The position numbers and the translations under genes were made by a program. Shown in pieces: positions 1 to 10,145 of a stretch of DNA of 64,000 bases (its first letter is position 1; every line of letters starts with the position of its first letter). The stretch is from an uncultured Gammaproteobacteria bacterium. Its GTDB lineage: Bacteria; Patescibacteriota; Microgenomatia; UBA10105; UBA927. Below the pieces are notes generated by a model, which saw nothing but the letters and a program-made list of their open reading frames with translations, did not search any database and had not been told where the DNA came from. Location: assembly GCA_964629685.1 (NCBI GenBank), contig CAZVTT010000001.1, positions 449,319 through 513,318 on the forward strand, in the 5' to 3' direction.

Positions 1-663
1 AACCAACTATGGTGGGATCTTCCCGCGCAAGAAACCTTTTTGCTACATAAAGAGATTTATAGTATTCCGGATGATGTATATAAAAAAACTCTATCCGAAT
101 TAGTTGAATTATTGGATGTTTCAAATGTATTAACAGTGCAAGTGCGTAAATTATCGCTGGGCGAACGCATGAGAATGGAATTAATTACGTCGTTATTACA
201 TTCGCCAAAAGTTTTTTTCTTAGATGAACCGACAATTGGTTTAGATGTTGTTATGCAGAAGAGACTGCGGGATTTTATTAGCCAATATAATAAACGATTT
301 AACGCTACCATATTACTTACTTCCCATTATATGGAAGACGTAAAACAGTTGGCACAGAGAGTAATAGTAATTGATCACGGAGCAATTATGTTTGACGGTA
401 AATTAAGTGAATTAGTTACACGTTACGCCAAACATAAACTTATTTCATTTTCATTGGACCGCGAATTTTCCCGTCCAGCTTTTCGGGGATTGGGAGATAT
501 CGTGCAATTTGATTTACCTAAAATAGTGCTGAAGACAAAGCGTGAAGAGTCAAATGCAGTTGCGGCTAGGTTACTGGAGTCTTTTCCCATATCTGATATA
601 ACCATAGAGGAGCCGACTACGGAAGATATAATCAGAGATTTGTTTTCTTCGATACACAAATGA
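1..663 (+). CDS. ABC transporter ATP-binding subunit (5'-truncated by window)
   Basis: Frame open from base 1 (NQLWWDLP...); signature LSLGERMR, Walker B FFLDEPT, H-loop TSHYM. Confidence 0.9.
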   Translation, partial: NQLWWDLPAQETFLLHKEIYSIPDDVYKKTLSELVELLDVSNVLTVQVRKLSLGERMRMELITSLLHSPKVFFLDEPTIGLDVVMQKRLRDFISQYNKRFNATILLTSHYMEDVKQLAQRVIVIDHGAIMFDGKLSELVTRYAKHKLISFSLDREFSRPAFRGLGDIVQFDLPKIVLKTKREESNAVAARLLESFPISDITIEEPTTEDIIRDLFSSIHK

Positions 664-666
664 ACA

Positions 667-1464
667 ATGAGAAATATTCGTTTACTGATCCTCCATATTC
701 AAGAAGCCTTCTATGTCCGGAGTCAGGCGTTTGTCTGGTTTCTGATTGTATTAATTAATCCACTTATATACCTAATGTATTGGAAAGCGGCACTACAGGA
801 AAATCCAGCTATTCTCAGCAATCAGAATACCGCGTCGTTAACGACCTATTATGTCATTCTTATTATTGCGGAAGCGTTACTGATGACTCATGTGGAAATT
901 GAAGTGGCTTTTCGCGATATATACGAAGGAAGGCTGTCGCAATATTTACTTAAACCTATTCCTTATATTTTTATGAAATTTTTTCAGGAGATGCCCTGGC
1001 GTTTGGTACAAGCGTTTTTTGGTATTGTTGTGTTTTTCGTTTTATATGCGTTATGGCCTGGTCAAATACACATACAATTCGGGTTCATCCAATTGTTAGT
1101 AATTTTACCTATTTTGTTAAGTGCGTTTATTCTATCTTTTTTATTCAAAATGGTATTGGGATTAACGGCAATTTGGACAACGGATTTTCGCGGTCTTTCC
1201 CAGGTAGTTGCTGTAGTTCTATTTATTATGGCAGGATATGTTATGCCCTTGCATTTATTACCTCCGCCGTTATTCACAGTGGCTAAGTTTTTACCATTTT
1301 TTTATATGATTTATTTTCCGGTTACTGCAGCGCAGGGGAATATTTCGGGTACCGAGCTTTGGAGCGGTATTTGTATTCAACTGTCTTGGCTTGTATTCTT
1401 TGGATGTTTATACCGGTATATGTGGCGGCAGGCCATGAAAAAATATAGCGGTGTGGGAGACTAA
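667..1464 (+). CDS. ABC-2 family permease (DUF990-like)
   Basis: About 6 TM segments, GRLSQYLLKP motif, operonic with ATPase. Confidence 0.85.
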   Translation: MRNIRLLILHIQEAFYVRSQAFVWFLIVLINPLIYLMYWKAALQENPAILSNQNTASLTTYYVILIIAEALLMTHVEIEVAFRDIYEGRLSQYLLKPIPYIFMKFFQEMPWRLVQAFFGIVVFFVLYALWPGQIHIQFGFIQLLVILPILLSAFILSFLFKMVLGLTAIWTTDFRGLSQVVAVVLFIMAGYVMPLHLLPPPLFTVAKFLPFFYMIYFPVTAAQGNISGTELWSGICIQLSWLVFFGCLYRYMWRQAMKKYSGVGD

Positions 1465-1469
1465 TAACT

Positions 1470-2258
1470 ATGAAAAGGTATTTTAAGGTATATATTTGTT
1501 TGTTAAAGTTAAATTTTAACGCACTTCTAGCGTACCGTGCTAATTTCTATAATAATATCCTATCAAGTCTGGCTTGGGGGATCTTTACGTTTATTTCAAT
1601 GATCTTACTTACTGCCAGAGTTACTTCAGTATCAGGTTGGAGTCGTTATGAAATTTTATTACTCACCGCTGTCTATAGTATTTTCATCGGATTGTTTCAT
1701 ACTTTTTTTTCCCGGAATTTTGAACATGTTGCCAAGGCAATTCGATTTGGAGAAGTAGATCTGCTTTTAGTAAAACCGATAGATACACAATGGTTACTTA
1801 GTGTCTCCCAGGTTAACTTTGCCAGTTTCACCCGGGTAATAGCTGCTATTTTTTTTGTCGGATATCTGCATCAATACACGGATATTCATATTACCGTGTT
1901 GTCAGTACTTTTTACTCTGATGGGATTACTTATTGGTTTATTAACCGTATATTCGATCTGGTATATTGTAGTGACATTGACCATTTGGTCAAATGATTTA
2001 TCCAATTTAGTTGAAGTGCTTTATTCATTAACTAGTATTGGAAGATATCCTACTTCTATGGTTAGAAATGCATTGGGATATGCTTTTGTGTTAATCCTTC
2101 CGTTAAGTCTGGTGGCAGTTGTTCCGACGAAGATATTACTCCGTACGGTTACTGCAGCAGATGGTTTAAGTTTAATGTTTTCATCCGTGCTATTATTTTT
2201 AGTAAGTAGATTGTTTTGGTTTCGTTCGCTTCGTATGTATGCCGGTATGGGGTCTTAA
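1470..2258 (+). CDS. ABC-2 family permease (DUF990-like)
   Basis: YRANF N-terminal motif, GEVDLLLVKP motif, multiple TMs. Confidence 0.85.
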   Translation: MKRYFKVYICLLKLNFNALLAYRANFYNNILSSLAWGIFTFISMILLTARVTSVSGWSRYEILLLTAVYSIFIGLFHTFFSRNFEHVAKAIRFGEVDLLLVKPIDTQWLLSVSQVNFASFTRVIAAIFFVGYLHQYTDIHITVLSVLFTLMGLLIGLLTVYSIWYIVVTLTIWSNDLSNLVEVLYSLTSIGRYPTSMVRNALGYAFVLILPLSLVAVVPTKILLRTVTAADGLSLMFSSVLLFLVSRLFWFRSLRMYAGMGS

Positions 2259-2327
2259 TAGAAGGTGTTCTACCTATAGTGCATAAGGTCCGATGACAAA
2301 TTTGAAAAAGTTCTGTACACTAACAGT

Positions 2328-3230
2328 ATGCCAATTCCGAAAAAGAAAATTAATCCGGTCGAACCTAAAGATTCCGCACAGGATGTGCAGGATAGACCCG
2401 TGGTACGGCAAGTCATTGAAGTAGTCGAAGTCCTCGATGAGACGCCTTCTCCATCACAGAGAGAAATATCAAATATCAATATGAAGGTAGAGGTGTCACG
2501 TAGTGAGCCTGTAATTCCTCCTGAACCGCCTGTTGAAGTACCCGATGTCCCTGTGGAAAAGACTGTGGGTGAACTGATGCAGGAGGTAGATACAAAGCCA
2601 AGTGAAACCGTTACAGAGTCTTCTGAAGACGTTTCTGTAGAACCGGAACCTTCAATACAGGAAGATGAGATGGTAACCGACAAGCAGAAAGCTACGGTTG
2701 AATCTTTATTCTCTAAAACAGAGCCTGCGGTTTTACCTGAAATTTCCGTACATACACCGAATAATTCGGGAAGAAGCATATTTGTTTGGGCGATGATTAT
2801 GCTGGTTATAGCGTTAGTTATAGGGGGTGCCCTGGTGTTATTTACCGGCAAAACTAACAGGGCGCCACAACTTGCACCGGTCCAACCTACAACCGCTCCG
2901 ACAGCTGTCGCTACTCCTACCGCAACACCGACACCTGTGGCTATGGATAAAGATGCGCTGAAAGTTCAAGTACTAAATGGGGGAGGAAAAACAGGGGCGG
3001 CGGGAAAAATGAAGGAGCTTTTAACCACAAAAGGCTATAAAGTTGCAAATACCGGAAATACTGAAGAATACACGTTCGAAAAATCCGAAGTTCATGTTAA
3101 GCCTGCGTTATCTGCGAATTTGACTGAGATAACCGATGATCTGAAAGAAGATTATACAGTAGGTGAATCGGCTGCCGATCTACCCGCTGATTCCACATAC
3201 GATGTTCAGATTATTGTGGGAAAAGAATAA
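2328..3230 (+). CDS. Membrane protein with LytR C-terminal domain
   Basis: Acidic disordered N-terminus, one TM, PT linker, VQVLNGGGKTGAAG...DVQIIVG (LytR_C). TACACT 6 nt before ATG. Confidence 0.8.
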   Translation: MPIPKKKINPVEPKDSAQDVQDRPVVRQVIEVVEVLDETPSPSQREISNINMKVEVSRSEPVIPPEPPVEVPDVPVEKTVGELMQEVDTKPSETVTESSEDVSVEPEPSIQEDEMVTDKQKATVESLFSKTEPAVLPEISVHTPNNSGRSIFVWAMIMLVIALVIGGALVLFTGKTNRAPQLAPVQPTTAPTAVATPTATPTPVAMDKDALKVQVLNGGGKTGAAGKMKELLTTKGYKVANTGNTEEYTFEKSEVHVKPALSANLTEITDDLKEDYTVGESAADLPADSTYDVQIIVGKE

Positions 3231-3309
3231 ATTAGACAATTTCTTCCTTCTAGCCTCAGTTTCTGCTAAAATACGGCAGTGTGAATGATGTTTTTTGCGC
3301 AAATATATC

Positions 3310-4521
3310 ATGAAATACCATATAATTACGTTTGGATGTGCAGCGAATGAAGCGGATAGTGAACGGATTGCAGCGTCATACGAGGCGCGTGGGTATGAAT
3401 CAGCTACGGATCAGAATGATGCGGATGATATTGTAATAAATACGTGCATGATTCGCGAGAAAGCAGAGAACAGGGTTTATGGGTTGGTTCATAATCTTTC
3501 GAAGGAAAAAGAACGGGGACGTGGTGTAAAAATTGTCGTGACAGGATGTATGGTAGGCATGGCACTTCGGGAGAAAAGTGGGAAAATGTTAGCTTCCTTA
3601 AAACGAAAAATGCCCACAGTCGATGAGTTCCTGCCTATCGAAGAAGTCGGGTTTGATCATGCTCCAGTCCGGACGAGTGCGCAACATGCATGGGTTCCCA
3701 TTTCTAATGGCTGTAATAATTTCTGCACGTTCTGTGTCGTTCCGTTTACCAGAGGTAGAGAAATAAGCAGACCTGTTGAAGATATTCTCAGTGAGTGTCG
3801 GACTTTAGCGGAGAGTGGATATACACAGGTAACGCTTGTGGGACAGAATGTGAATTCTTACGGTGCTGATTTGCTTCTAGGTGAAACGAATATACAGGTT
3901 TTACGTGATATAGATGGAAAAGCATATTTCCCACAACCTGCTATAGATCGGACGTACAAAGTAAATGGAGTTGTAATTAAGCCGACCTTTGTAAAGCATC
4001 TTGGTAGATTGCGTATTCCCACGATGTTTCCTTATCTGCTTGAGCAAATTTGTGCTATACCGGGATTGGAAACTATAGATTTTATTTCCAGTAATCCTTG
4101 GGATTTTTCAGATGAATTGATAGAGTGCATAGCGATGCAGCCAAAAGTATCGCGTCATATTCATTTACCTGTGCAGTCAGGAGACACTGCCTTGTTAAAA
4201 AAGATGAACAGGTGGTATAGCCGTGAGGATTATTTGATCCTGGTAAAAAAATTACGCGAAAGAATTCCAGACGTTACAATCTCTACGGATATTATTGTCG
4301 GTTTCTGCGGTGAATCCGAAGAGCAGTTTAATAATACGGTAGACCTATGTAAACAAGTTGGATTTTCAAAGGCATATGTTGCTATTTATTCCGTTCGGCC
4401 GATGACTTCGGCAACCAAAATATATGAAGATAGTGTCCCGCATACGGTAAAAAAGCAACGTTGGGATGTGCTGGAAGAATTGATAAATAAAACTAATCTG
4501 CGTGCAGGTACTTACAGATAA
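3310..4521 (+). CDS. miaB: tRNA methylthiotransferase MiaB (no TRAM domain)
   Basis: UPF0004 motifs TFGC/NTC/TGC; radical SAM CNNFCTFC; HLPVQSG; DIIVGF; adjacent to miaA. ATG 3310 preferred over TTG 3295. Confidence 0.85.
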   Translation: MKYHIITFGCAANEADSERIAASYEARGYESATDQNDADDIVINTCMIREKAENRVYGLVHNLSKEKERGRGVKIVVTGCMVGMALREKSGKMLASLKRKMPTVDEFLPIEEVGFDHAPVRTSAQHAWVPISNGCNNFCTFCVVPFTRGREISRPVEDILSECRTLAESGYTQVTLVGQNVNSYGADLLLGETNIQVLRDIDGKAYFPQPAIDRTYKVNGVVIKPTFVKHLGRLRIPTMFPYLLEQICAIPGLETIDFISSNPWDFSDELIECIAMQPKVSRHIHLPVQSGDTALLKKMNRWYSREDYLILVKKLRERIPDVTISTDIIVGFCGESEEQFNNTVDLCKQVGFSKAYVAIYSVRPMTSATKIYEDSVPHTVKKQRWDVLEELINKTNLRAGTYR

Positions 4522-5549
4522 TGGAAAGAATTCCGATATTCGTTTTTACCGGTTGCACTGCTACAGGAAAAACTGCGGCAGCGTTATCGTTTGCGAAAGA
4601 TATTGGCGGGGAAATAGTTAGTATTGATTCCAGGCAAATATATCGCCACCTGAACATCGGAACAGGAAAGGATATTCCGTCTGATGCTTTTCTACTTCCC
4701 AATACCGTTGTCGTAAATTTTAGAAAAGAAGAATGTTCAGTTTCTCCATACTCTATCTCAGACGTACCGGTTTGGTTGTATGACAGCATTAATCCAAACC
4801 AACAATGTAACATTGCGCTGTACAGTTTGTTAGCCCGCACTGTGATTCAGCATATACACGAGAGAAATAAACCGGTAATACTAGTTGGCGGAAGCGGGTA
4901 TTACCTTTCGTCCGTACTCATGGATATACCTACAATTCAAGTGCCCAGAAATGAATCATTACGACAGGAATTGAATGTTCTAACAGTTAGTGATTTACAG
5001 CAGCGGTTAATAGATATAAACGAATCGGTATTTACTACCATGAATGGTTCTGACAGATGTAATCCTCATCGCCTTATTCGGAAAATAGAAATAGCTATGT
5101 ATACCGGTTCCTCCATACAGCCAAGCCTGCATCCGGCATCATTGTATAACGCTACAATCGTGGCTTTTATCGCTACGAACGAATCATTAAAACAAAGAGT
5201 TACTCAGCGGGTAGACAAACGGCTAAAACAGGGAATAATATCGGAAATACGAGAGTTATTAAAGATAGGTTATAGCTGGGATTCACCGGGGCTTCAAACA
5301 ATAAGTTATATGGAGTGGAAACAATATATTACTTCTCAACATGAGAATGTACTGACACCGTCAATCCTAACTTCGGTACGGAATGAATGGATACGGCATG
5401 AATATCTTTACGCTAAGCGACAACTAACCTGGTTTCGGAAAATCCCTGATGTACACTGGATATCTGTCGACGATTCAGATTGGTCTGATAAGCTGGCTGC
5501 TTATCAGGATGCATGGTATACTATGGTTAAGAATGACTACAAAAGTTGA
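4521..5549 (+). CDS. miaA: tRNA dimethylallyltransferase MiaA
   Basis: GCTATGKT, DSRQIY..LNIGTGK, VGGSGYY, YAKRQLTWF. Confidence 0.92.
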   Translation: MERIPIFVFTGCTATGKTAAALSFAKDIGGEIVSIDSRQIYRHLNIGTGKDIPSDAFLLPNTVVVNFRKEECSVSPYSISDVPVWLYDSINPNQQCNIALYSLLARTVIQHIHERNKPVILVGGSGYYLSSVLMDIPTIQVPRNESLRQELNVLTVSDLQQRLIDINESVFTTMNGSDRCNPHRLIRKIEIAMYTGSSIQPSLHPASLYNATIVAFIATNESLKQRVTQRVDKRLKQGIISEIRELLKIGYSWDSPGLQTISYMEWKQYITSQHENVLTPSILTSVRNEWIRHEYLYAKRQLTWFRKIPDVHWISVDDSDWSDKLAAYQDAWYTMVKNDYKS

Positions 5550-6549
5550 AATATCATACCGAACCATACTATTTATATTCGCATTCTTGGCTGCGATTTG
5601 GTTTCTACTTCAAATTCGGGATATAGTTTATCTCTTATTTGTGGCCTTTTTACTCATGACAGCCCTTAGGCCCATGGTTGAATGGCTCGCTAAATATAGG
5701 GTTCCCCGGGTTGTAGCCGTATTGTTGATTTATACGATTGTATTCGGATTTTTTGGTATATCTTTGGCAGGTGCGATACCTTCTTTAGTCTCTCAATCCG
5801 TCAGATTATTTACTGATTTACCGAATTTTGTCAGCCGGATGGTGCCGAATTGGAACATAGATGCCAGAGCATTTACTGAACAGATTGCCCCAATTAGTGA
5901 AAATGTAGTGAAGGTAACTGTCGGAATTTTTTCAAATATCGTTAACTTAATGACGGTTCTCGTGTTTAGTTTTTACTTTATTTTGGAACGTAGACATGCG
6001 GAGAAGATATTAACAGATTCATTCGGTTCTGAGGTTTCAAATCGGGTAATTTCGGTTGCACGGGATGTTGAAATTCGTTTGGGGGCATGGGTACGTGGTC
6101 AGTTGTTGCTTATGGTGATAGTAGGGGTGTTAGTGTATGTAGGATTAACAATTTTACATGTTGATTATGCATTACCCTTGGCAATTATCGCCGGAATATT
6201 GGAAATTCTCCCCATGATCGGGCCAAATTTAGCAGCAGTTCCCGGCATACTGGTAGCCTTAACGGTATCGCCCTTGCTTGCAGTTTCCGTGGCCGCTCTA
6301 TACTTTATTATTCAGCAAATAGAAAACAATATTATTGTTCCGCAGGTAATGAAAAGAAGCGTTGGTTTTTCACCCTTAGTTACTATTCTTTCATTAATGA
6401 TTGGAGCCAGAATGGCGGGGATTGTTGGGGCGGTATTGGCAGTACCGGTTGTTATTACACTGCAGGCAATACTACACGACATTTTGGTAAAGCAACCTAT
6501 TAAATTCGGAAAGCAGAAAAATGAAGACCACTCGTCATCTTCTTCATAA
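5533..6549 (+). CDS. AI-2E (PerM) family transporter
   Basis: GAWVRGQL, LPMIGP, QQIENNIIVPQVM, GAVLAVP motifs; start set at ATG 5533. Confidence 0.88.
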   Translation: MTTKVEISYRTILFIFAFLAAIWFLLQIRDIVYLLFVAFLLMTALRPMVEWLAKYRVPRVVAVLLIYTIVFGFFGISLAGAIPSLVSQSVRLFTDLPNFVSRMVPNWNIDARAFTEQIAPISENVVKVTVGIFSNIVNLMTVLVFSFYFILERRHAEKILTDSFGSEVSNRVISVARDVEIRLGAWVRGQLLLMVIVGVLVYVGLTILHVDYALPLAIIAGILEILPMIGPNLAAVPGILVALTVSPLLAVSVAALYFIIQQIENNIIVPQVMKRSVGFSPLVTILSLMIGARMAGIVGAVLAVPVVITLQAILHDILVKQPIKFGKQKNEDHSSSSS

Positions 6550-6559
6550 TTATTCTATT

Positions 6560-6973
6560 GTCGATATCTCATAAGCCAGATTCTGTTTTTCCTTTCGGAT
6601 AGACTCTCATTGCTCTAATGCCCGTATACTTTGACTCGCATCCCTGAAAATCAGGTACTGCCGAATGCATGGTCGTCGAGTCGGTCGCCGGTTGCAGTAG
6701 GTGGGATTGTCGCGTTTCATACGTCTTCCATTGCTTACGCTTTAGGAAGTCGATCGTCTCTGTGACTCTCTCACTCTGTCTGTTCAGAGATCGTCCGAGT
6801 ATCTTTCGATGTATCGGCACCAGTAATATACCCTTCGGTATATTATCACCGCTTACGCGGAGTCCCCCGCATTCTACTGTCTGGACTTTCCTCCCACCGG
6901 CACTTCGGCCTGAAACTTACAGTAAGTAAGTTCCAAAGACGAAGTACCGAAAGGCGAGAATCCGGATATCAAC
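6560..6973 (-). ncRNA. rnpB: RNase P RNA
   Basis: Minus strand carries GAGGAAAGUCCAG and AACAGAAUCUGGCUUAU (P4 halves); P1 GUUGAUAUC/GAUAUCGAC; P2 GAUUCUC/GAGAGUC; ACAGAGAC and UGAAAC conserved regions; TGcTATAAT just upstream. Confidence 0.93.
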
Positions 6974-7049
6974 GGGACTATTATAGCAAATTCAGGCTGG
7001 GATTGATAAAGTTTATGTATCAGTAGCACTTATTTTGTATATATACCAG

Positions 7050-7058
7050 TGCTATACT
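7050..7058 (+). promoter_or_regulatory. Extended -10 promoter (TGcTATACT) of leaderless lyase operon
   Basis: TATACT ends 7 nt before ATG 7066; overlaps inverted repeat TAGCACT-N17-AGTGCTA (7024-7054). Confidence 0.55.
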
Positions 7059-7065
7059 GTTGAGT

Positions 7066-8751
7066 ATGAAAACACTATTTGAACAGAAAAATTTAGTTGC
7101 AATTGATAAAGAACTGCATGCGTACCCCGAAACGGTGACGATAACCGGTAAAACCTTGTCGCTTACAGAAATTGCAGCGGTTGCCCGTTGTGGAAAACAG
7201 GTAGAATTTACCGACGATAAAGCAGTACGTAATAAACTTGTAGATTGTTATAGCCACATGATCTCCGATGTAAAAGCTGGAATACCAATATATGGATGCA
7301 ATACCGGATATGGAGCACGTGCGGGCAGGGTATTAAATCAAGGGAATGAAGCTCAGCGTCTGAAAATTGCCCGGAAAATTTCGGAAAGTATAGTACACAC
7401 GGATGTGACTGTGGGACCGGAATTGGGAAGGGATGTAATCAGGGCAGCTATGCTCATTCGGATAAATATGCTACTTCAGGGGGTAAGTGCTGTAAGGCTG
7501 GAGGACTTAAATCTTTATCGTACACTTATTAATCGGAATCTTATTCCCGTCGTAAACGCATACGGCGGATTGGGAGCTTCGGGTGATCTTGCCCACAATA
7601 GTCGTGTAGTTAGTGCCTTACGACAACTGCCCGGAACTTTCATGTGGGATGAAAAAGGCAAAAAATATGAAGCCAGAAAATTACTCAGAAAAAATAAAAT
7701 ATTGCCCCTGATTCTGGAGCCAAAAGCCGGTTTAGGATTGGTGAACGGGGATAATTTTTCTACTGCAGCTGCATCGCTTATTGCGATGGATTTAGTTGAT
7801 TGTATGCTTATCGCCGATGTTACCGGAGCGTTAGTCATAGAAGTTTTAAGAGGTTCTAACAGAACGTTTCATCCACTGCTTGCTACTGTCCGTCCTCATG
7901 CCGGGCAAAAGGAAGTAAGCCAAGTGTATAGATTTTTATTGGACGGGAGTAAACTAGCGTATCAGGAAATGACCGGACAATTGCCTCGGGAGAAAGGTGT
8001 AAAGATTCAGGATGCATACAGCCTCCGTTGTTTGGCCCAGTCAGAGGGATTAAATAGGGAGCAGGTTAAATGGGTGTTGGATACAATCGTTTGTAATGCA
8101 AATTCTGTTTCGGATAATCCTTTATGGGTTCCGCCGGGCGAAGAAACACCGGGAGAAACGCCATGGCAATGGGTAAGCGGCGGTAATTTTTTTGCAATGC
8201 ATATGAGTGAAGTTATAGACATCATGCGTAAAATTATGACCAGACTCATTAAACGAAATGATCGACAGCTTCACAGAATGGTATCTCCGCATGAAAACAA
8301 TGGTATGCCTGCTAATTTATCCGATAATCGTGCAATTTCCGCGTGCACATTTAAAGGCGTACAGCTGCAATCGGGAATGTTCGACGTATATTCCATGATA
8401 CTGGCGCAGCCGGTAAATACATTGTTTGGAATTCATGAGGAAAGTAATCAGGATATTACTCCTCATGCTTTAACATCTGCTATTCTTGCATGGGAGAATC
8501 TGAGACTTTTACGGTATTCCCTGTCAATGAATTTACTGGCGGTATCTCAAGCTGTAGATATTCGGGGAGGAAAAAAATTGCTGTCAGAAAAAACTAGACC
8601 GGTATATGAGTTTATCCGCGGACATGCCGGGTATGTAACGAAAGAACAGCCATTGGCTCCGCAAATTGAGCAAATTTCTTCAACTATTGTTGATGGGACG
8701 CTCAGTGAAGTAATACGTAAAGAAGTATTCGGAAATTACCTTCATGAATAA
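7066..8751 (+). CDS. MIO-dependent aromatic amino acid ammonia-lyase/aminomutase (PAL/TAL-like)
   Basis: YGCNTGYG loop, GASGDL (MIO), QDAYSLRC, DNP, GGNF; NQD (PAL/TAL-type, not HAL QED); resembles cyanobacterial PAL in length and motifs. Confidence 0.9.
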   Translation: MKTLFEQKNLVAIDKELHAYPETVTITGKTLSLTEIAAVARCGKQVEFTDDKAVRNKLVDCYSHMISDVKAGIPIYGCNTGYGARAGRVLNQGNEAQRLKIARKISESIVHTDVTVGPELGRDVIRAAMLIRINMLLQGVSAVRLEDLNLYRTLINRNLIPVVNAYGGLGASGDLAHNSRVVSALRQLPGTFMWDEKGKKYEARKLLRKNKILPLILEPKAGLGLVNGDNFSTAAASLIAMDLVDCMLIADVTGALVIEVLRGSNRTFHPLLATVRPHAGQKEVSQVYRFLLDGSKLAYQEMTGQLPREKGVKIQDAYSLRCLAQSEGLNREQVKWVLDTIVCNANSVSDNPLWVPPGEETPGETPWQWVSGGNFFAMHMSEVIDIMRKIMTRLIKRNDRQLHRMVSPHENNGMPANLSDNRAISACTFKGVQLQSGMFDVYSMILAQPVNTLFGIHEESNQDITPHALTSAILAWENLRLLRYSLSMNLLAVSQAVDIRGGKKLLSEKTRPVYEFIRGHAGYVTKEQPLAPQIEQISSTIVDGTLSEVIRKEVFGNYLHE

Positions 8752-10141
8752 TTCAACGGCAGTCGACCAGGCTATCGATTTGTTCCGCACCGTTTATGAA
8801 TCCTCTCCAGCATATAAGCATTTTATTGATTCACGGGGTATAGAACCAAAAGCAATAAAATCGGCCAGTGATTATTTCGGTGTACCTATGACCGATAAGG
8901 ATAATTACATTCGTAAGTATCCCTTTCAGGATCGACTGTTCGGTGGTAAATTACCCAGTGATTACTATATGATCTGTTCGAGCTCCGGTACCAGCGGCGA
9001 ACCGACTTTTTGGCCGAGGGATATAAATATTGATGGTAGTTTGGAAAAACGAAAAGAAGCGTTATACGAAGAACATTTTCAAATTGGTAAAAAGAAGACC
9101 TTATGCGTTATTACGTTTGGTTTAGGAGTGTGGACAGCCGGAATGTTAACAGCGAAGCTCTCTTGGGCAGCTGCCCGGGGAAATAAATTTACGGTAGTTA
9201 CCCCCGGGATAAATATTGAAAACACATTCGGACTACTTAAAGGGTTATCTCCGTTTTATGACCAGACACTTATTGTGGGGTATCCGCCATTTTTATCTGA
9301 TTTTGTTGAATATGCGATTTCCCAGAAGCTGTCCCTGAAGCAGTACAGCACTAAATTGTTGTATACCAGTGAATATGTAAGTGAGCAATGGAGAAATGAA
9401 ATGGCGGCACGGATCAGTAAAACCGGCAGTAGATATGATGTCGTTAGTTTCTACGCCTGTTCGGACACCGGGATTATAGGAGCGGAAACCCGAGGAATTA
9501 TCGATTTATTGGACATGTGCGATGCGGATGATACTTTATGTCAGTCTTTATTTAATGCGAGTCAAACTCCCTCACTCGTCCAGTATGATCCGACAAAAAA
9601 ATTTATTGAGTCTATAGACGGAGAAATAATAATAACTGCAAATCAGCCAATGCCGTTAATTCGGTACAACATTCATGACCGCGGAGGTGTTTTGCAGGCC
9701 GATACAGTCAGGGAAGTATTTAAAGCCAGACACAAACATACGCCAAAAACGTTTACCGGCGATAATTACGTCTATATTTTCGGAAGAATTGATGCGGTAA
9801 AACTGACGGCAAATATTTACATAGAAGATATAAAGTATTGTCTGGAGCGATCCCATATTTATGAAAAACTTACCGGTCATTTCCAGTATGGCATAGTTAA
9901 ATCGAAAACGTTAAGGAATCGCCTGAAAGTAAAAGTGTTTATAAAACCGGGTGAATCAATTAGCTCTAACGATAAAATAGTATTTGCAGCTAAATTTTAC
10001 GAACATTTACTCGAAGCAAATAACGATTTTAATATGATTCAAAGCGGAACAAAAATTGAACCTTTTCAGTTTGAATTTACTGATGAGCCCGATGATACGG
10101 CATACAAAAATAGTAAATTAAAGTATTTTCTAAAATCATAG
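8744..10141 (+). CDS. Phenylacetate-CoA ligase (PaaK)-like adenylating enzyme
   Basis: SSSGTSGEPTFWPR P-loop, GYPPF, FYACSDTG, MPLIRYNIHDRG, FGR; overlaps lyase stop by 8 nt. Confidence 0.85.
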   Translation: MNNSTAVDQAIDLFRTVYESSPAYKHFIDSRGIEPKAIKSASDYFGVPMTDKDNYIRKYPFQDRLFGGKLPSDYYMICSSSGTSGEPTFWPRDINIDGSLEKRKEALYEEHFQIGKKKTLCVITFGLGVWTAGMLTAKLSWAAARGNKFTVVTPGINIENTFGLLKGLSPFYDQTLIVGYPPFLSDFVEYAISQKLSLKQYSTKLLYTSEYVSEQWRNEMAARISKTGSRYDVVSFYACSDTGIIGAETRGIIDLLDMCDADDTLCQSLFNASQTPSLVQYDPTKKFIESIDGEIIITANQPMPLIRYNIHDRGGVLQADTVREVFKARHKHTPKTFTGDNYVYIFGRIDAVKLTANIYIEDIKYCLERSHIYEKLTGHFQYGIVKSKTLRNRLKVKVFIKPGESISSNDKIVFAAKFYEHLLEANNDFNMIQSGTKIEPFQFEFTDEPDDTAYKNSKLKYFLKS

Positions 10142-10145
10142 AAAT

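Noticed and set aside
6569-6929. ORFs 6569..6820(-) and 6669..6929(+)
   Set aside because: They lie within the RNase P RNA gene and show no protein motifs
7066-8751. Histidine ammonia-lyase (hutH) call
   Set aside because: Lacks the HAL SH switch and QED motif; no hutUIG nearby
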